Source of the DNA: a virus
DNA length: 64,000 nucleotides
Virus record (IMG/VR): IMGVR_UViG_3300027763_000026
Reading direction: 5' to 3' (one strand)
Both the position numbers and the translations under genes were made by a program. The notes below the pieces were generated by a model. It searched no databases, was not told the origin of the DNA, and saw nothing but the letters and a program-made list of their open reading frames with translations. Below, piece after piece: positions 41,046 through 49,591 of this stretch. Position 1 is the stretch's first letter. Every line of letters starts with the position of its first letter.

Positions 41046-41771
41046 TTAATGTAATTCCTCAAATTTCTCAATAATATAAGCTAAGATATCATTTCTCATA
41101 ATATCTTCTGTTCCAAATTTAAAAGTAATAATACCTTTGTTTTTACTTTTTTCGTCATCAAATAGTTTATATATTCTTTCGAATCCGCTATTCTTAATAT
41201 CTGATTGACGAATATCTCCAATAAATATTAATTTACTAAACTTGCCCATCCTAGTACTAACTAATAAAAGGTCATGAATACTTAAATTTTGAGCTTCATC
41301 GCAAATAATATAACTAGCGTTAATACTGAGCCCTCTTAGGAATCCCAATGGAAGTCCTTTGACTCTTTCTTGCTTTAATAATAATTCTGCTTGTCCTTTA
41401 GGTAATAGTTCATGGAGTTTGTCCATTAAAGGCTGTAGATATGGATCTAATTTTTCATGAAGGTCACCTTTAAGAAATCCTAGATTATGAGTGCTACTTT
41501 CCACAGGGTTACGAATATAAAATATCTCTCCTACCTTCTTGTTATTAATTGCATGAAGAGCACAATAAACGCTTAACAAGCTTTTGGCTGTTCCTGCTGG
41601 TCCTTTACAGAACATCATCTTAGTAGATTTATCTTGTAAGATTTGAATAAACTTCTTTTGGTTTTCTGTCCAATTGAGATCCCTAATATTCAAGGGTTGT
41701 TGAATTTTATCTCTTTGAGGAACTACTGGCGATTTGTCCTCTTTTCGTTCTTTTCGATGTTTTTTAGACAT
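41046..41771 (-). CDS. phoH: PhoH-like ATPase
   Basis: GPAGTAKS, LGFLKGDL.EK.DPY, FLRG, IICDEAQN, GD.RQSD. Confidence 0.92.
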   Translation of the reverse strand: MSKKHRKERKEDKSPVVPQRDKIQQPLNIRDLNWTENQKKFIQILQDKSTKMMFCKGPAGTAKSLLSVYCALHAINNKKVGEIFYIRNPVESSTHNLGFLKGDLHEKLDPYLQPLMDKLHELLPKGQAELLLKQERVKGLPLGFLRGLSINASYIICDEAQNLSIHDLLLVSTRMGKFSKLIFIGDIRQSDIKNSGFERIYKLFDDEKSKNKGIITFKFGTEDIMRNDILAYIIEKFEELH

Positions 41772-41826
41772 GAGGTTTCCACAATGGTTTACACTATATT
41801 TTGAATTAAGTGTAAATAAAAGAACC

Positions 41827-42465
41827 GTGGCGTACTTAAATGCAAATATTCCTCCAATCGAAGCCTTTGTAAGAGGGAATTATTTAAGAAATCAAGAAGA
41901 TAGTTTTGATAAAAAATATAAATGTTTAATTTTCGGTGTCACAAGTCTTCCTAGCCAAGTCCCTCTTTTTAATTTTCTTATGGAAGACGGAGGGATTTGG
42001 TGGCATGCTCCCATAAGTGCATTCTGTTCTAAAGAAGACGCGCCAGATATGGAATTAGACGAATTAGAATTATGGGATAGTTTTAGTTATCATATTGCTG
42101 TAACAACTTTTTACTTATTAGAAAATAAAATAGTTAAATACACTGGCCGAACTGGGCAAGAGTACACTGGTCGCTATTTATTTACTTTTGATTGGGCGCA
42201 TAGTGATTATAATGAATTAAATTTTGGATTTAGTCAAAAGCCAGACCAACATAAAGCTGGTCATGTTATAAAACTGGACAATGGTAATTTCGCAATACAA
42301 CCCAACAACAGAATCAAAGTATTCGATCCAAGCTTCGCAACTAAAACAAATGAATTATTGTTGCAAAGAAAAATAAACTCTCATATTTATACAGCTGAAA
42401 ATAGCCCCAAATGGGTTACTGAAGATAGCGATAATTATGATTACAAAATACAGGAAATAAAATGA
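41827..42465 (+). CDS. Conserved hypothetical phage protein
   Basis: GTG start 41827 placed by plus-strand GTGTAA at 41810-41815; YLNANIPPI...YLFTFDW...GNFAIQPNNR. Confidence 0.75.
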   Translation: MAYLNANIPPIEAFVRGNYLRNQEDSFDKKYKCLIFGVTSLPSQVPLFNFLMEDGGIWWHAPISAFCSKEDAPDMELDELELWDSFSYHIAVTTFYLLENKIVKYTGRTGQEYTGRYLFTFDWAHSDYNELNFGFSQKPDQHKAGHVIKLDNGNFAIQPNNRIKVFDPSFATKTNELLLQRKINSHIYTAENSPKWVTEDSDNYDYKIQEIK

Positions 42466-42743
42466 ATAGAACCATAAAAATAACACAACAAAATATATTT
42501 GAAGGAGAAATGGCAAATCCTCAAAACTGCGCAATCGCTAGAGCAATAAAAAGAAATATGAAAGGTAAATTAATGAGCGTTTCTGTATTACCTTCTCATA
42601 TAACATTAAACATAAACAATAAAATGTTCTTTGCTAAAATGCCAAAGATTGGTGCATCTTTTATTAAAAGATTTGATCATCGTAAAAGCACTAATCCTTT
42701 TGAACTAAATTTAAAATTTAAAAAAGGCTACTCTTTAGTTTAA
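42462..42743 (+). CDS. Hypothetical protein
   Basis: 93 aa, 4-nt overlap with the preceding gene. Confidence 0.65.
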   Translation: MNRTIKITQQNIFEGEMANPQNCAIARAIKRNMKGKLMSVSVLPSHITLNINNKMFFAKMPKIGASFIKRFDHRKSTNPFELNLKFKKGYSLV

Positions 42744-43714
42744 TTTTTTATATTTGGGTCTGCGAGATCGGGGTTATGCTTTTGTTTAGTGCCTCTTTTA
42801 AAGGGGCCTAAGAAAGTTTTTATAATTTTGATTGGTTTTTCTATCATCTTTTCTTTTAAGATATCTTTTGTAATTTCAATTTCTTCAAATTTTTTGTTAT
42901 TTACAATATTATAAGCTAAAAGCAAACATATAGATAACGGGTCAAAAACGAAAACTATAATTAATATAAAATATTTTACTACTGTCTCTATATTCGTATT
43001 AAAAGCTTGAGCAATAAATTTATAAGTACCTATATCAGAAGATGTCATTTGTTTGTTTAACGTAATAATATTATTATCAATAGAATTAATCTGTTGATTT
43101 TTTTCCTCGTTACTTAGGCTAATTTTTTCTACATTAGACTCTAGAGTGGATATGCTAGACTGCACAGTATTTAATGCTTGAGTTTTAAATTCTACTGATT
43201 TTTTATCTATAACTTTTTCTTGAGTATCATTACTGAACAGACCGCCAGATTTCGTAACCGTGGTGGTCGTTGTCTGATCTAAAGCTTTTGTTAAATTATT
43301 CTCTTGATTTTTACGAGTATCAGTAAGAGATTTAATTCTTTCGGTGTTAGAGAGAACTTGAGAAGTTAATGTATTTTTCTTTTCTTGCAATAGATTAATT
43401 TGAGACTCAATCAAATCCATACTACTTTTTGTTGAATAAAAAGCTTGGCTTAAAAACCCGAATATACCTAAGCTAGTTATACCCATCAAAACTATAACAG
43501 CTGATGTTAAATATATTTTAATCAATTTATTGATTTTATGCCAGTATCTATACAAAAAACTGGTTGCCATTATTTTTCCAAGCTCTAAACTGCTGGCCAT
43601 AATAATTGCTGGCCAAAAACTACCAGAGAATAGTAATCCTATTCCTTTAACAGAAAAGAATGCTCCACAAGATGCTAAAAATAAAGCTGACAAACCTAAT
43701 AATAATTTAAACAT
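42740..43714 (-). CDS. Membrane protein with a long coiled coil
   Basis: Three N-terminal hydrophobic helices, coiled coil, C-terminal TM (IVFVFDPL). Confidence 0.75.
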   Translation of the reverse strand: MFKLLLGLSALFLASCGAFFSVKGIGLLFSGSFWPAIIMASSLELGKIMATSFLYRYWHKINKLIKIYLTSAVIVLMGITSLGIFGFLSQAFYSTKSSMDLIESQINLLQEKKNTLTSQVLSNTERIKSLTDTRKNQENNLTKALDQTTTTTVTKSGGLFSNDTQEKVIDKKSVEFKTQALNTVQSSISTLESNVEKISLSNEEKNQQINSIDNNIITLNKQMTSSDIGTYKFIAQAFNTNIETVVKYFILIIVFVFDPLSICLLLAYNIVNNKKFEEIEITKDILKEKMIEKPIKIIKTFLGPFKRGTKQKHNPDLADPNIKN

Positions 43715-43715
43715 A

Positions 43716-44174
43716 TTAAATATAAAGGAACCAAATACTATCTTTTTCTTGTTGAGTTAAATTTAGTATTCTGCCGTTTTGAGGTTCTAAGAAAACTACT
43801 TGTAAATTGTTATTGTCATTTACAATCAAAGTATTTATAGCGTGTCCACCGCTTGTGTTATCTTCTGCTCTTAAAATAGCTTTGTAATGGACTATGCCTA
43901 TACCTATACCTTCTGAATTAGACTCTATTTGCTGTTGGTAGTATCCACATGCGAATAGATGAAATGCTTCTGCAAAATTATCACAATCCCATCTGTGAAC
44001 CCATTTCGTTAATTTTAAAGATTTCAGCCATTGCCAGTACTTGGGGAATATTTCTTTATTGACCATATCTAAAGTTGGTAAGAAGTATGTTTTATCTGAC
44101 ACAGCTATATTTCTAGGTATCTTTAACCCTTTATTATTCCAACCAAGTATCATATTTGGTGCAGTTATATCCAT
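43716..44174 (-). CDS. Papain/transglutaminase-like cysteine-protease fold protein
   Basis: WDCDNFA...GHAIN...FLEPQ motif. Confidence 0.6.
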   Translation of the reverse strand: MDITAPNMILGWNNKGLKIPRNIAVSDKTYFLPTLDMVNKEIFPKYWQWLKSLKLTKWVHRWDCDNFAEAFHLFACGYYQQQIESNSEGIGIGIVHYKAILRAEDNTSGGHAINTLIVNDNNNLQVVFLEPQNGRILNLTQQEKDSIWFLYI

Positions 44175-44202
44175 AGATATAATTACACAAACCTAAATGC
44201 TA

Positions 44203-44526
44203 TTAATCAAATATATTAGGGTCTAGCTCTGGCTCGGTTTGTTCTTGTTTTTTGCTAGGGAACAAGTTGACTAATTTGACATCGCTACTTTTGTTAAGCT
44301 TTTTAGGTGCATAATTTTCTACTATTTGTTGTGTCGTCACAGTATTCTCATGAACTATATATATGTTTTTGGTATTAGGCCCTGGAACAATCTCTTGGTT
44401 GTTAAGATAAACTCTGTGGTCTGGCTTCTTATCAAATAATCCAAAGTTCATGCCAAAGGCTTTAAACATGAATAATAGGCAGTACGTGAATCCCAACCAT
44501 GAGGCTAATTGAAATATAAAGTCCAT
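44203..44526 (-). CDS. Hypothetical membrane-anchored protein
   Basis: N-terminal hydrophobic helix. Confidence 0.6.
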   Translation of the reverse strand: MDFIFQLASWLGFTYCLLFMFKAFGMNFGLFDKKPDHRVYLNNQEIVPGPNTKNIYIVHENTVTTQQIVENYAPKKLNKSSDVKLVNLFPSKKQEQTEPELDPNIFD

Positions 44527-44535
44527 TTGTCTATA

Positions 44536-45078
44536 TTATGATGATTTTTCAATATAGTCAAGTAGATATTGTTTAAAATAAAGAAAATCTGCCTTATCTT
44601 GTGCTCTTATATTTTTGGTTATTTTGTTGGAGTAAAGGAGTTTAACGTAAAACACTTTGATAGGCTCATATATATGAATATTTAAATCTTTTATATCCAC
44701 TGTAATGTTGTCTTCGTTAATAAGCCCATCCTTGAGAAAGATCATTTCTATTAAGACCGCGTCTTGCGATAAGAAAACTTTTTTCTTGTTTTTCAAAGGA
44801 AAGCTCGGGCCATCTTTTATAAAGTCAAATCCATTTTTTTCTAAAAAATCAATCCAGGCTTGTTCTTGATTGATGTCAACGGATATTTCTAAATCGTTGT
44901 TATCCCTATAGATGCCTTTATTAAAAATTGCAAGGGCTGTTCCACCACAAATATAATACTTAAGATTATTTTTATTTGCAAACCGTATTAGAAGTTCCAT
45001 CGCATTATATAAATGCTCCATTGAGGTGGTTTTCGGGACTGCAGAATCAGAAGGTTTATTTAACTCTTCGTATAGCAT
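44536..45078 (-). CDS. Nucleotidyltransferase-like protein
   Basis: ICGGTAL.....R...DLEI motif (Pol-beta-type GG..R...D.D variant). Confidence 0.65.
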   Translation of the reverse strand: MLYEELNKPSDSAVPKTTSMEHLYNAMELLIRFANKNNLKYYICGGTALAIFNKGIYRDNNDLEISVDINQEQAWIDFLEKNGFDFIKDGPSFPLKNKKKVFLSQDAVLIEMIFLKDGLINEDNITVDIKDLNIHIYEPIKVFYVKLLYSNKITKNIRAQDKADFLYFKQYLLDYIEKSS

Positions 45079-45082
45079 ATAT

Positions 45083-45661
45083 TTAATATTTTATTAGCGA
45101 TTTGTCTAGATACAAAAGCTTTTGTATTGTTGGACTTTTATTCTGTTCTTGTTTAAAATGACGAGTAGCACCCGCTAATCTAACTGGCTGACTAGGACGC
45201 ATTGAAGCCGAGCAAAAACCATGAATTAAGTAAAATTTTCTCCAATATTCTGCGCGATCATCATTTGGGATCCATCCATGAATAGATTTATTGCCTGAAT
45301 CGACTACTGCTACGAGTTTCATTCCTTTTTTCTGACTATCCATGAATATTTTAGCAACACCGTCTTTACTCATTCCGTCATGCTCTAAGACGACGTATTT
45401 ATTTTTTTCTATATTGATTACTTTTCTTCTCCCCTCTTTATTTTTATAAGAACTAGGACTAATATAAGTCCCATGTGCTATTGGTAAATTCTCTAACCAT
45501 TCTTGAGTTTTATAAAAAGACGTATGTTGAATATCATAAACGTCTTTCGCAACCCAGATTAAATCATTTGGAGCAAACAACGATATATGAGACCCCATCA
45601 TCTCTTCTGGGGTTAAGTTTTCTACTGAATCTGGAGAGGCTTTAATTAGATCTTGAACCAT
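45083..45661 (-). CDS. AEP-superfamily primase/RepB-like catalytic domain protein
   Basis: YVVLEHD..AVVDSGNKSIHGW..SQPVRLAG motifs. Confidence 0.65.
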   Translation of the reverse strand: MVQDLIKASPDSVENLTPEEMMGSHISLFAPNDLIWVAKDVYDIQHTSFYKTQEWLENLPIAHGTYISPSSYKNKEGRRKVINIEKNKYVVLEHDGMSKDGVAKIFMDSQKKGMKLVAVVDSGNKSIHGWIPNDDRAEYWRKFYLIHGFCSASMRPSQPVRLAGATRHFKQEQNKSPTIQKLLYLDKSLIKY

Positions 45662-45670
45662 ATTGATTTA

Positions 45671-45886
45671 TCATTTACTTTTCCAATTGCTCCCCACCTC
45701 TAATCCGTTTTGGGGCAAAATAGAAATATTAACCTTGGGCGCTGGTGAAATTGATGATTTTTTATCAATAAGAATGATCCTTTCTGGTTCTATTGGTGAA
45801 CTATTATTGCTTTTTTTATTAAATAAGAGATAACTTAATAGCGCCAAGAACACAAGAGATATTGATATTACTGTTTTGTTTTTCAT
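45671..45886 (-). CDS. Small membrane-anchored protein
   Basis: N-terminal TM helix; GTGTAA upstream. Confidence 0.6.
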   Translation of the reverse strand: MKNKTVISISLVFLALLSYLLFNKKSNNSSPIEPERIILIDKKSSISPAPKVNISILPQNGLEVGSNWKSK

Positions 45887-46221
45887 TCTGATGGTATTAC
45901 ACCTGATACAAGAAGCATATATAAAAAGAGATATATAAAAAAATAGGTTCCTGGATTTTTTTACTTTGGTTTATTTATGATTTTAAATGATTTTATATAG
46001 ATTTTAAAAAAGGGGGGGGTATAAAGAGATAGATTATAGATATATATATTGATTTATTATATAGAATAATAGATTATTGTTATTGGGGAGAATGATTTTG
46101 CTCCCCCCGCGAGTGTTTAGTCTGAAAAATTGATTCGATTTTTTCAAAAATGGGGTACCTAATGATAGGTTTATGTCTATAAGTCGTTACCTATCAATGA
46201 AATTTAACTTGAAGATATCTC

Positions 46222-46249
46222 TTGTACCTTTCCTATAATATGATAGACT
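46222..46249 (+). promoter_or_regulatory. Sigma70-like early promoter
   Basis: TTGTAC-N16-(TGA)TAGACT, ATG 8 nt downstream. Confidence 0.65.
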
Positions 46250-46257
46250 ACTCTTAT

Positions 46258-46431
46258 ATGAAAAACAAATTGAGTAAGTTCGAAACCCTGTTAGCTAACC
46301 TTGAGAAAGCCTCTGCGAATCACGCTAAGGCTTGCGAGTCTTTCCTTAAAGTCTCTGAGGCGTACTCCTCTAAGCGTGCGGAGATGCTTAAGATATACGA
46401 GCCTAGTGACCTTCACCACGCTTGCGAATAA
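46258..46431 (+). CDS. Small coiled-coil early protein, paralog of 47393..47605
   Basis: MKNKLSKFETLLANLEKAS; start placed by the promoter. Confidence 0.7.
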   Translation: MKNKLSKFETLLANLEKASANHAKACESFLKVSEAYSSKRAEMLKIYEPSDLHHACE

Positions 46432-46470
46432 CCATTGACACAACCAATCGAAAAGGATAATATAACCACT

Positions 46471-46890
46471 ATGAAAAACCAACTAAACATCACTAAACAA
46501 TCATTCGGCGATACAACTGCTTTCCTCTTGGAAGGTGGCAAAGGTCGCATCACCTCGTTCCACAATGCCCTATACAACTGGGGTGCAACCAATGGGCAGT
46601 TGCACGATATGGGTAACGGCAAAGCGTTTTACTTCTACGCTAACCCCGACGCAGTGCTACACGCTCTCGTTAAGATTGCTCTGCACTCCTTATGCAATAA
46701 GATCAACGCAAAGGGAATGAAGGGCGGATTGATGAGCCTTGCGAAGATCAAGGCACAAGGTCAATTCGATAACATCATTGACGGGCGATTCCTCAGTGCC
46801 TCTGTCTCTAATGATACCTACGGATTCGGTACGATCACAGCAGAGAAACCTAGTGACTACTGCGGTGCAGTCAGTAACGGAAGGGACTAA
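46471..46890 (+). CDS. Hypothetical early protein, paralog of 52777..53163
   Basis: Shared FHN..YNWG.TNG and GTI.AEK motifs. Confidence 0.75.
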   Translation: MKNQLNITKQSFGDTTAFLLEGGKGRITSFHNALYNWGATNGQLHDMGNGKAFYFYANPDAVLHALVKIALHSLCNKINAKGMKGGLMSLAKIKAQGQFDNIIDGRFLSASVSNDTYGFGTITAEKPSDYCGAVSNGRD

Positions 46891-46894
46891 TAGT

Positions 46895-47272
46895 ATGACA
46901 GCAGAACTATTCATCGTAGCATTAACAATCCTTGGTGAAGCGAGGGGTGAAACCTTCGAGGGTATGGCAGGTGTTGCTAGTGTGATACAGACACGCACCA
47001 TAGAGCGTAAGCAAACGCCTAGCCAAGTGTGCCTATCGCCTAAGCAATTCAGCTTCTGGAATGGTGGAGTAAGTGAAGCCACCAAGAAGAAGCTACTGGC
47101 AACAGCACAAGGCAAGAACGCTCTATACCTTGCTGATCTAGTCATCCATAAACAGATGCCAGACATCGTGAAGGGTGCAAACCATTACCACGCCGTCAGC
47201 GTCGCTCCTAAGTGGGCTAGGGACACAAGGCTAGTAGCTACAATACGCAACCACAAGTTTTATAAGTTGTAA
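46895..47272 (+). CDS. Cell wall hydrolase, SleB/Hydrolase_2 family
   Basis: LTILGEARGE..GM..VA.VI..R...QFS.WN...ANHYHA..P.W...I.NH.FY. Confidence 0.85.
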   Translation: MTAELFIVALTILGEARGETFEGMAGVASVIQTRTIERKQTPSQVCLSPKQFSFWNGGVSEATKKKLLATAQGKNALYLADLVIHKQMPDIVKGANHYHAVSVAPKWARDTRLVATIRNHKFYKL

Positions 47273-47358
47273 GTAGCTGAATACCAAAGACTTGTAGGAG
47301 GGCCCTCCCTTGCGTTGTAACTCCTTGATGGTCAATGAAATTTAAATGAAGAAATATG

Positions 47359-47386
47359 TTGCATTTCTTCTGAAATATGCTAAACT
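47359..47386 (+). promoter_or_regulatory. Sigma70-like early promoter, leaderless
   Basis: TTGCAT-N16-(TGC)TAAACT-N6-ATG. Confidence 0.75.
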
Positions 47387-47392
47387 GTATCT

Positions 47393-47605
47393 ATGAATAA
47401 GAAATTAACCAAGTATGAAATCCTAATCGCAAATCTCGAAAAAGCCTCTGCTGACTTAAAAAAAGCTAGCGAAGAATCTCAAAAAAGATTGAATGAAAGT
47501 TTCGCAAAATATCAAGAAAAAGTTTCAGTCGCTCATCATAACTCTATGATGGTCAACGAAAAACAAATTGAAGAAATCACTTGCAATTCCGCTGAAATAT
47601 GCTAA
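47393..47605 (+). CDS. Small coiled-coil early protein
   Basis: MNKKLTKYEILIANLEKAS. Confidence 0.7.
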   Translation: MNKKLTKYEILIANLEKASADLKKASEESQKRLNESFAKYQEKVSVAHHNSMMVNEKQIEEITCNSAEIC

Positions 47606-47658
47606 ACTATACTTATAACAATAAAAGATAACAAATAACAAAGAAAGAAAAAAATAAA

Positions 47659-47931
47659 ATGACTCATAGAATGATAAATTGGAATTTTCACCGCAAACAA
47701 ATGCGTGAAAATATGCGTAAAAATACGGATTCTTCTGAATCCATAATCACTAACTCTAACAATACACCAACATACTTTGGTGAAATATACCTTTACGAAG
47801 GAACTCTAGTAAAAGTTTCTTACAAAACTTCTGCAAATACTGCGGTTGTAACCTTCCTTGAAGGTATAGACAAAGATAAGGTTGGAACTATCAACCTTAA
47901 CAATGCTAAACTAGTAAAGGAAAATAAATAA
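47659..47931 (+). CDS. Hypothetical early protein
   Basis: ORF track; preceded by TTGCAA-N16-TAAACT at 47581-47608. Confidence 0.6.
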   Translation: MTHRMINWNFHRKQMRENMRKNTDSSESIITNSNNTPTYFGEIYLYEGTLVKVSYKTSANTAVVTFLEGIDKDKVGTINLNNAKLVKENK

Positions 47932-48120
47932 ATGAATAACGATAATAAAAAACAATTAACTTCCCAAGAATGGGAAATTCAACGTTGGGAAAATAACAAC
48001 AAGAAATGGGCTAGACTCAAAAAAAGTTGGTCTGATTGGAAAAAGAATAATCCTGAAAAGGCTAAAGCTCACGCCTTACTAAAGGCAAAACTTAATGGAA
48101 AAAGTCCTAAGTCGTTGTAA
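47932..48120 (+). CDS. Hypothetical early protein
   Basis: ORF track; stop codon lies within the palindrome at 48107. Confidence 0.6.
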   Translation: MNNDNKKQLTSQEWEIQRWENNNKKWARLKKSWSDWKKNNPEKAKAHALLKAKLNGKSPKSL

Positions 48121-48183
48121 GTCAACGAAATTTAACTAAAGAAATAGCTTGCAAAAAACTCAATCTGTGATAAACTAAATAGT

Positions 48184-48462
48184 ATGAAAGATAAAGAAAT
48201 GAAAAACATAATAGAAACCCTCGTAGTGGGTAAATACTACCAAATCCAAAACCATATCGCAATCTGCGAGATGCTCAATTCAACCTCTAACAAAAAATGC
48301 CTTTCCAGAATCTCTGGTGTTGGAAGTGTCCTAGCTTTTTATGATGAAGTGACCGAAGTCGAAATGACTCCAGAACTTCTTAAAGAGTGTGAAGCTCGAA
48401 AGAATGGAACGATGAACTTCATTGGAAGTTTCAACGCATCCTCAAAATATAAAGGAGACTAA
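48184..48462 (+). CDS. Hypothetical early protein
   Basis: TTGCAA-N16-TAAACT-N7-ATG promoter at 48149-48176. Confidence 0.7.
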   Translation: MKDKEMKNIIETLVVGKYYQIQNHIAICEMLNSTSNKKCLSRISGVGSVLAFYDEVTEVEMTPELLKECEARKNGTMNFIGSFNASSKYKGD

Positions 48463-48600
48463 ATGAAAAAGATTCTTTTCAAACTAAATAAAAAAACTTA
48501 TAGGCTCGCTATGAAAAATGGTGAACAGAAAAACTTTTTGCGAGAGAGATTTTTTTACTACATCTCTGCGGGTTGTTTGAATCTTCGAGACCTCTTGTAA
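48463..48600 (+). CDS. Small hypothetical protein (not in ORF track)
   Basis: Manually read 45-aa ORF; TAA falls in the GTAAG arm of the palindrome at 48597. Confidence 0.4.
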   Translation: MKKILFKLNKKTYRLAMKNGEQKNFLRERFFYYISAGCLNLRDLL

Positions 48601-48748
48601 GTCTCTAAGCATCAACGACTTGCAAGCGCAGGGAGGTGCCCCGCGCAAGTCCTTAACTATCAACGACTTGCAAAGATTAGATTTTCTACTATCTTTTTTT
48701 TCTAAAAATAAACCTTGCGCTAAAGTTAATCTGTGATATATTCTAACT

Positions 48749-48913
48749 ATGAGAAACGAAATCACATCCCTAGCGACGGAAACCTGCGAGGAAACCTATG
48801 TGGACGCTAATGCGTTCTTTGACTACATCAATTCCAATGATGTGGTCAACTCAATGCTCGATGCGTTGTCTGGAGTCTATGACTCCAACGAAACTCTTGT
48901 GGAGGTCGTCTAA
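48749..48913 (+). CDS. Small acidic hypothetical protein (not in ORF track)
   Basis: MRNEITSLATETCEETYVD..., 54 aa; TTGCGC-N16-TATATT-N6-ATG promoter at 48715-48742. Confidence 0.7.
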   Translation: MRNEITSLATETCEETYVDANAFFDYINSNDVVNSMLDALSGVYDSNETLVEVV

Positions 48914-48914
48914 T

Positions 48915-49199
48915 ATGGACTACAAAGCGTCTCTCAAGGAATGGATGAGCCAGCATATGCTGGGTGTGCTAGATGTGCGTGATATCTTGAAAGATATTCG
49001 TGAGGAGAATATGGCTAACAATATTGTGCATCGGTCTTACTCTGAGCAAAGTGACCCTCTTATCATTGGCTCTTCAGAATCATCTTGTGAACCTGATGAG
49101 TCGATGGATGGTGATCACGATTCAGCTATGGCTTCTGCTGGCCACGGCACTGATGAGGACTATGGTTACTTCGGCGATCCAGAAATTTGTGGAGAATAA
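48915..49199 (+). CDS. Acidic hypothetical protein with DESMDGDHDSAMASAGHGTDEDYG motif
   Basis: Start moved to ATG 48915, 1 nt after the previous stop. Confidence 0.7.
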   Translation: MDYKASLKEWMSQHMLGVLDVRDILKDIREENMANNIVHRSYSEQSDPLIIGSSESSCEPDESMDGDHDSAMASAGHGTDEDYGYFGDPEICGE

Positions 49200-49201
49200 T
49201 T

Positions 49202-49297
49202 ATGGAAATTTTTTTAACCTGTGTTTGGGCATACTTTGGTTTGGTTTTTGTGCAATTAATTTATGCTTTAATAAGGTCAATTATAGAGCGTCGCTAA
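49202..49297 (+). CDS. 31-aa single-TM peptide
   Basis: MEIFLTCVWAYFGLVFVQLIYALIRSIIERR; TAA within the palindrome at 49294. Confidence 0.5.
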   Translation: MEIFLTCVWAYFGLVFVQLIYALIRSIIERR

Positions 49298-49377
49298 GTC
49301 TCTAAGTATCAACGACTTACACCGCAGGGCAGCGAATTTTTGTAAATCCTTGAATATCAAAGACTTACAAAATTTTA

Positions 49378-49527
49378 TTACATACTCGCTCGCCAACCTT
49401 CAAACACTTCGTCAATCTCTCTCTGTCTTTGCACAAAATTTTTGTTTGTGTCGAGTGGAGGATTATCAGAATCGTTCCAAGGATAAAAAGATTCTAAGTT
49501 TTCGTTTAATAGTTTTTCTATGTTCAT
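49378..49527 (-). CDS. Small hypothetical protein
   Basis: MNIEKLLNENLESFYPW..., shorter start than in the ORF track. Confidence 0.5.
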   Translation of the reverse strand: MNIEKLLNENLESFYPWNDSDNPPLDTNKNFVQRQREIDEVFEGWRASM

Positions 49528-49591
49528 TGTTTTTTTAATAATAAAATTGTGATTATAATTCCCACTAGAATTGTTATGAGCATAACTCATC

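Larger units (their letters stand above)
401..45902 (-). promoter_or_regulatory. Dispersed GTGTAA motif, putative late promoter (span marks first to last copy)
   Basis: Plus-strand TTACAC at 414, 1694, 3022, 8061, 13175, 17568, 20711, 21768, 26438, 28043, 30806, 34689, 41034, 41789, 44183, 45897; plus-strand GTGTAA at 41810 and 51318; mostly 6-17 nt before the start codon. Confidence 0.7.

Noticed and set aside
48798-48914. N-terminal extension of ORF 48798..49199
   Set aside because: It overlaps a better-supported leaderless ORF (48749..48913) in another frame; the start at 48915 fits.
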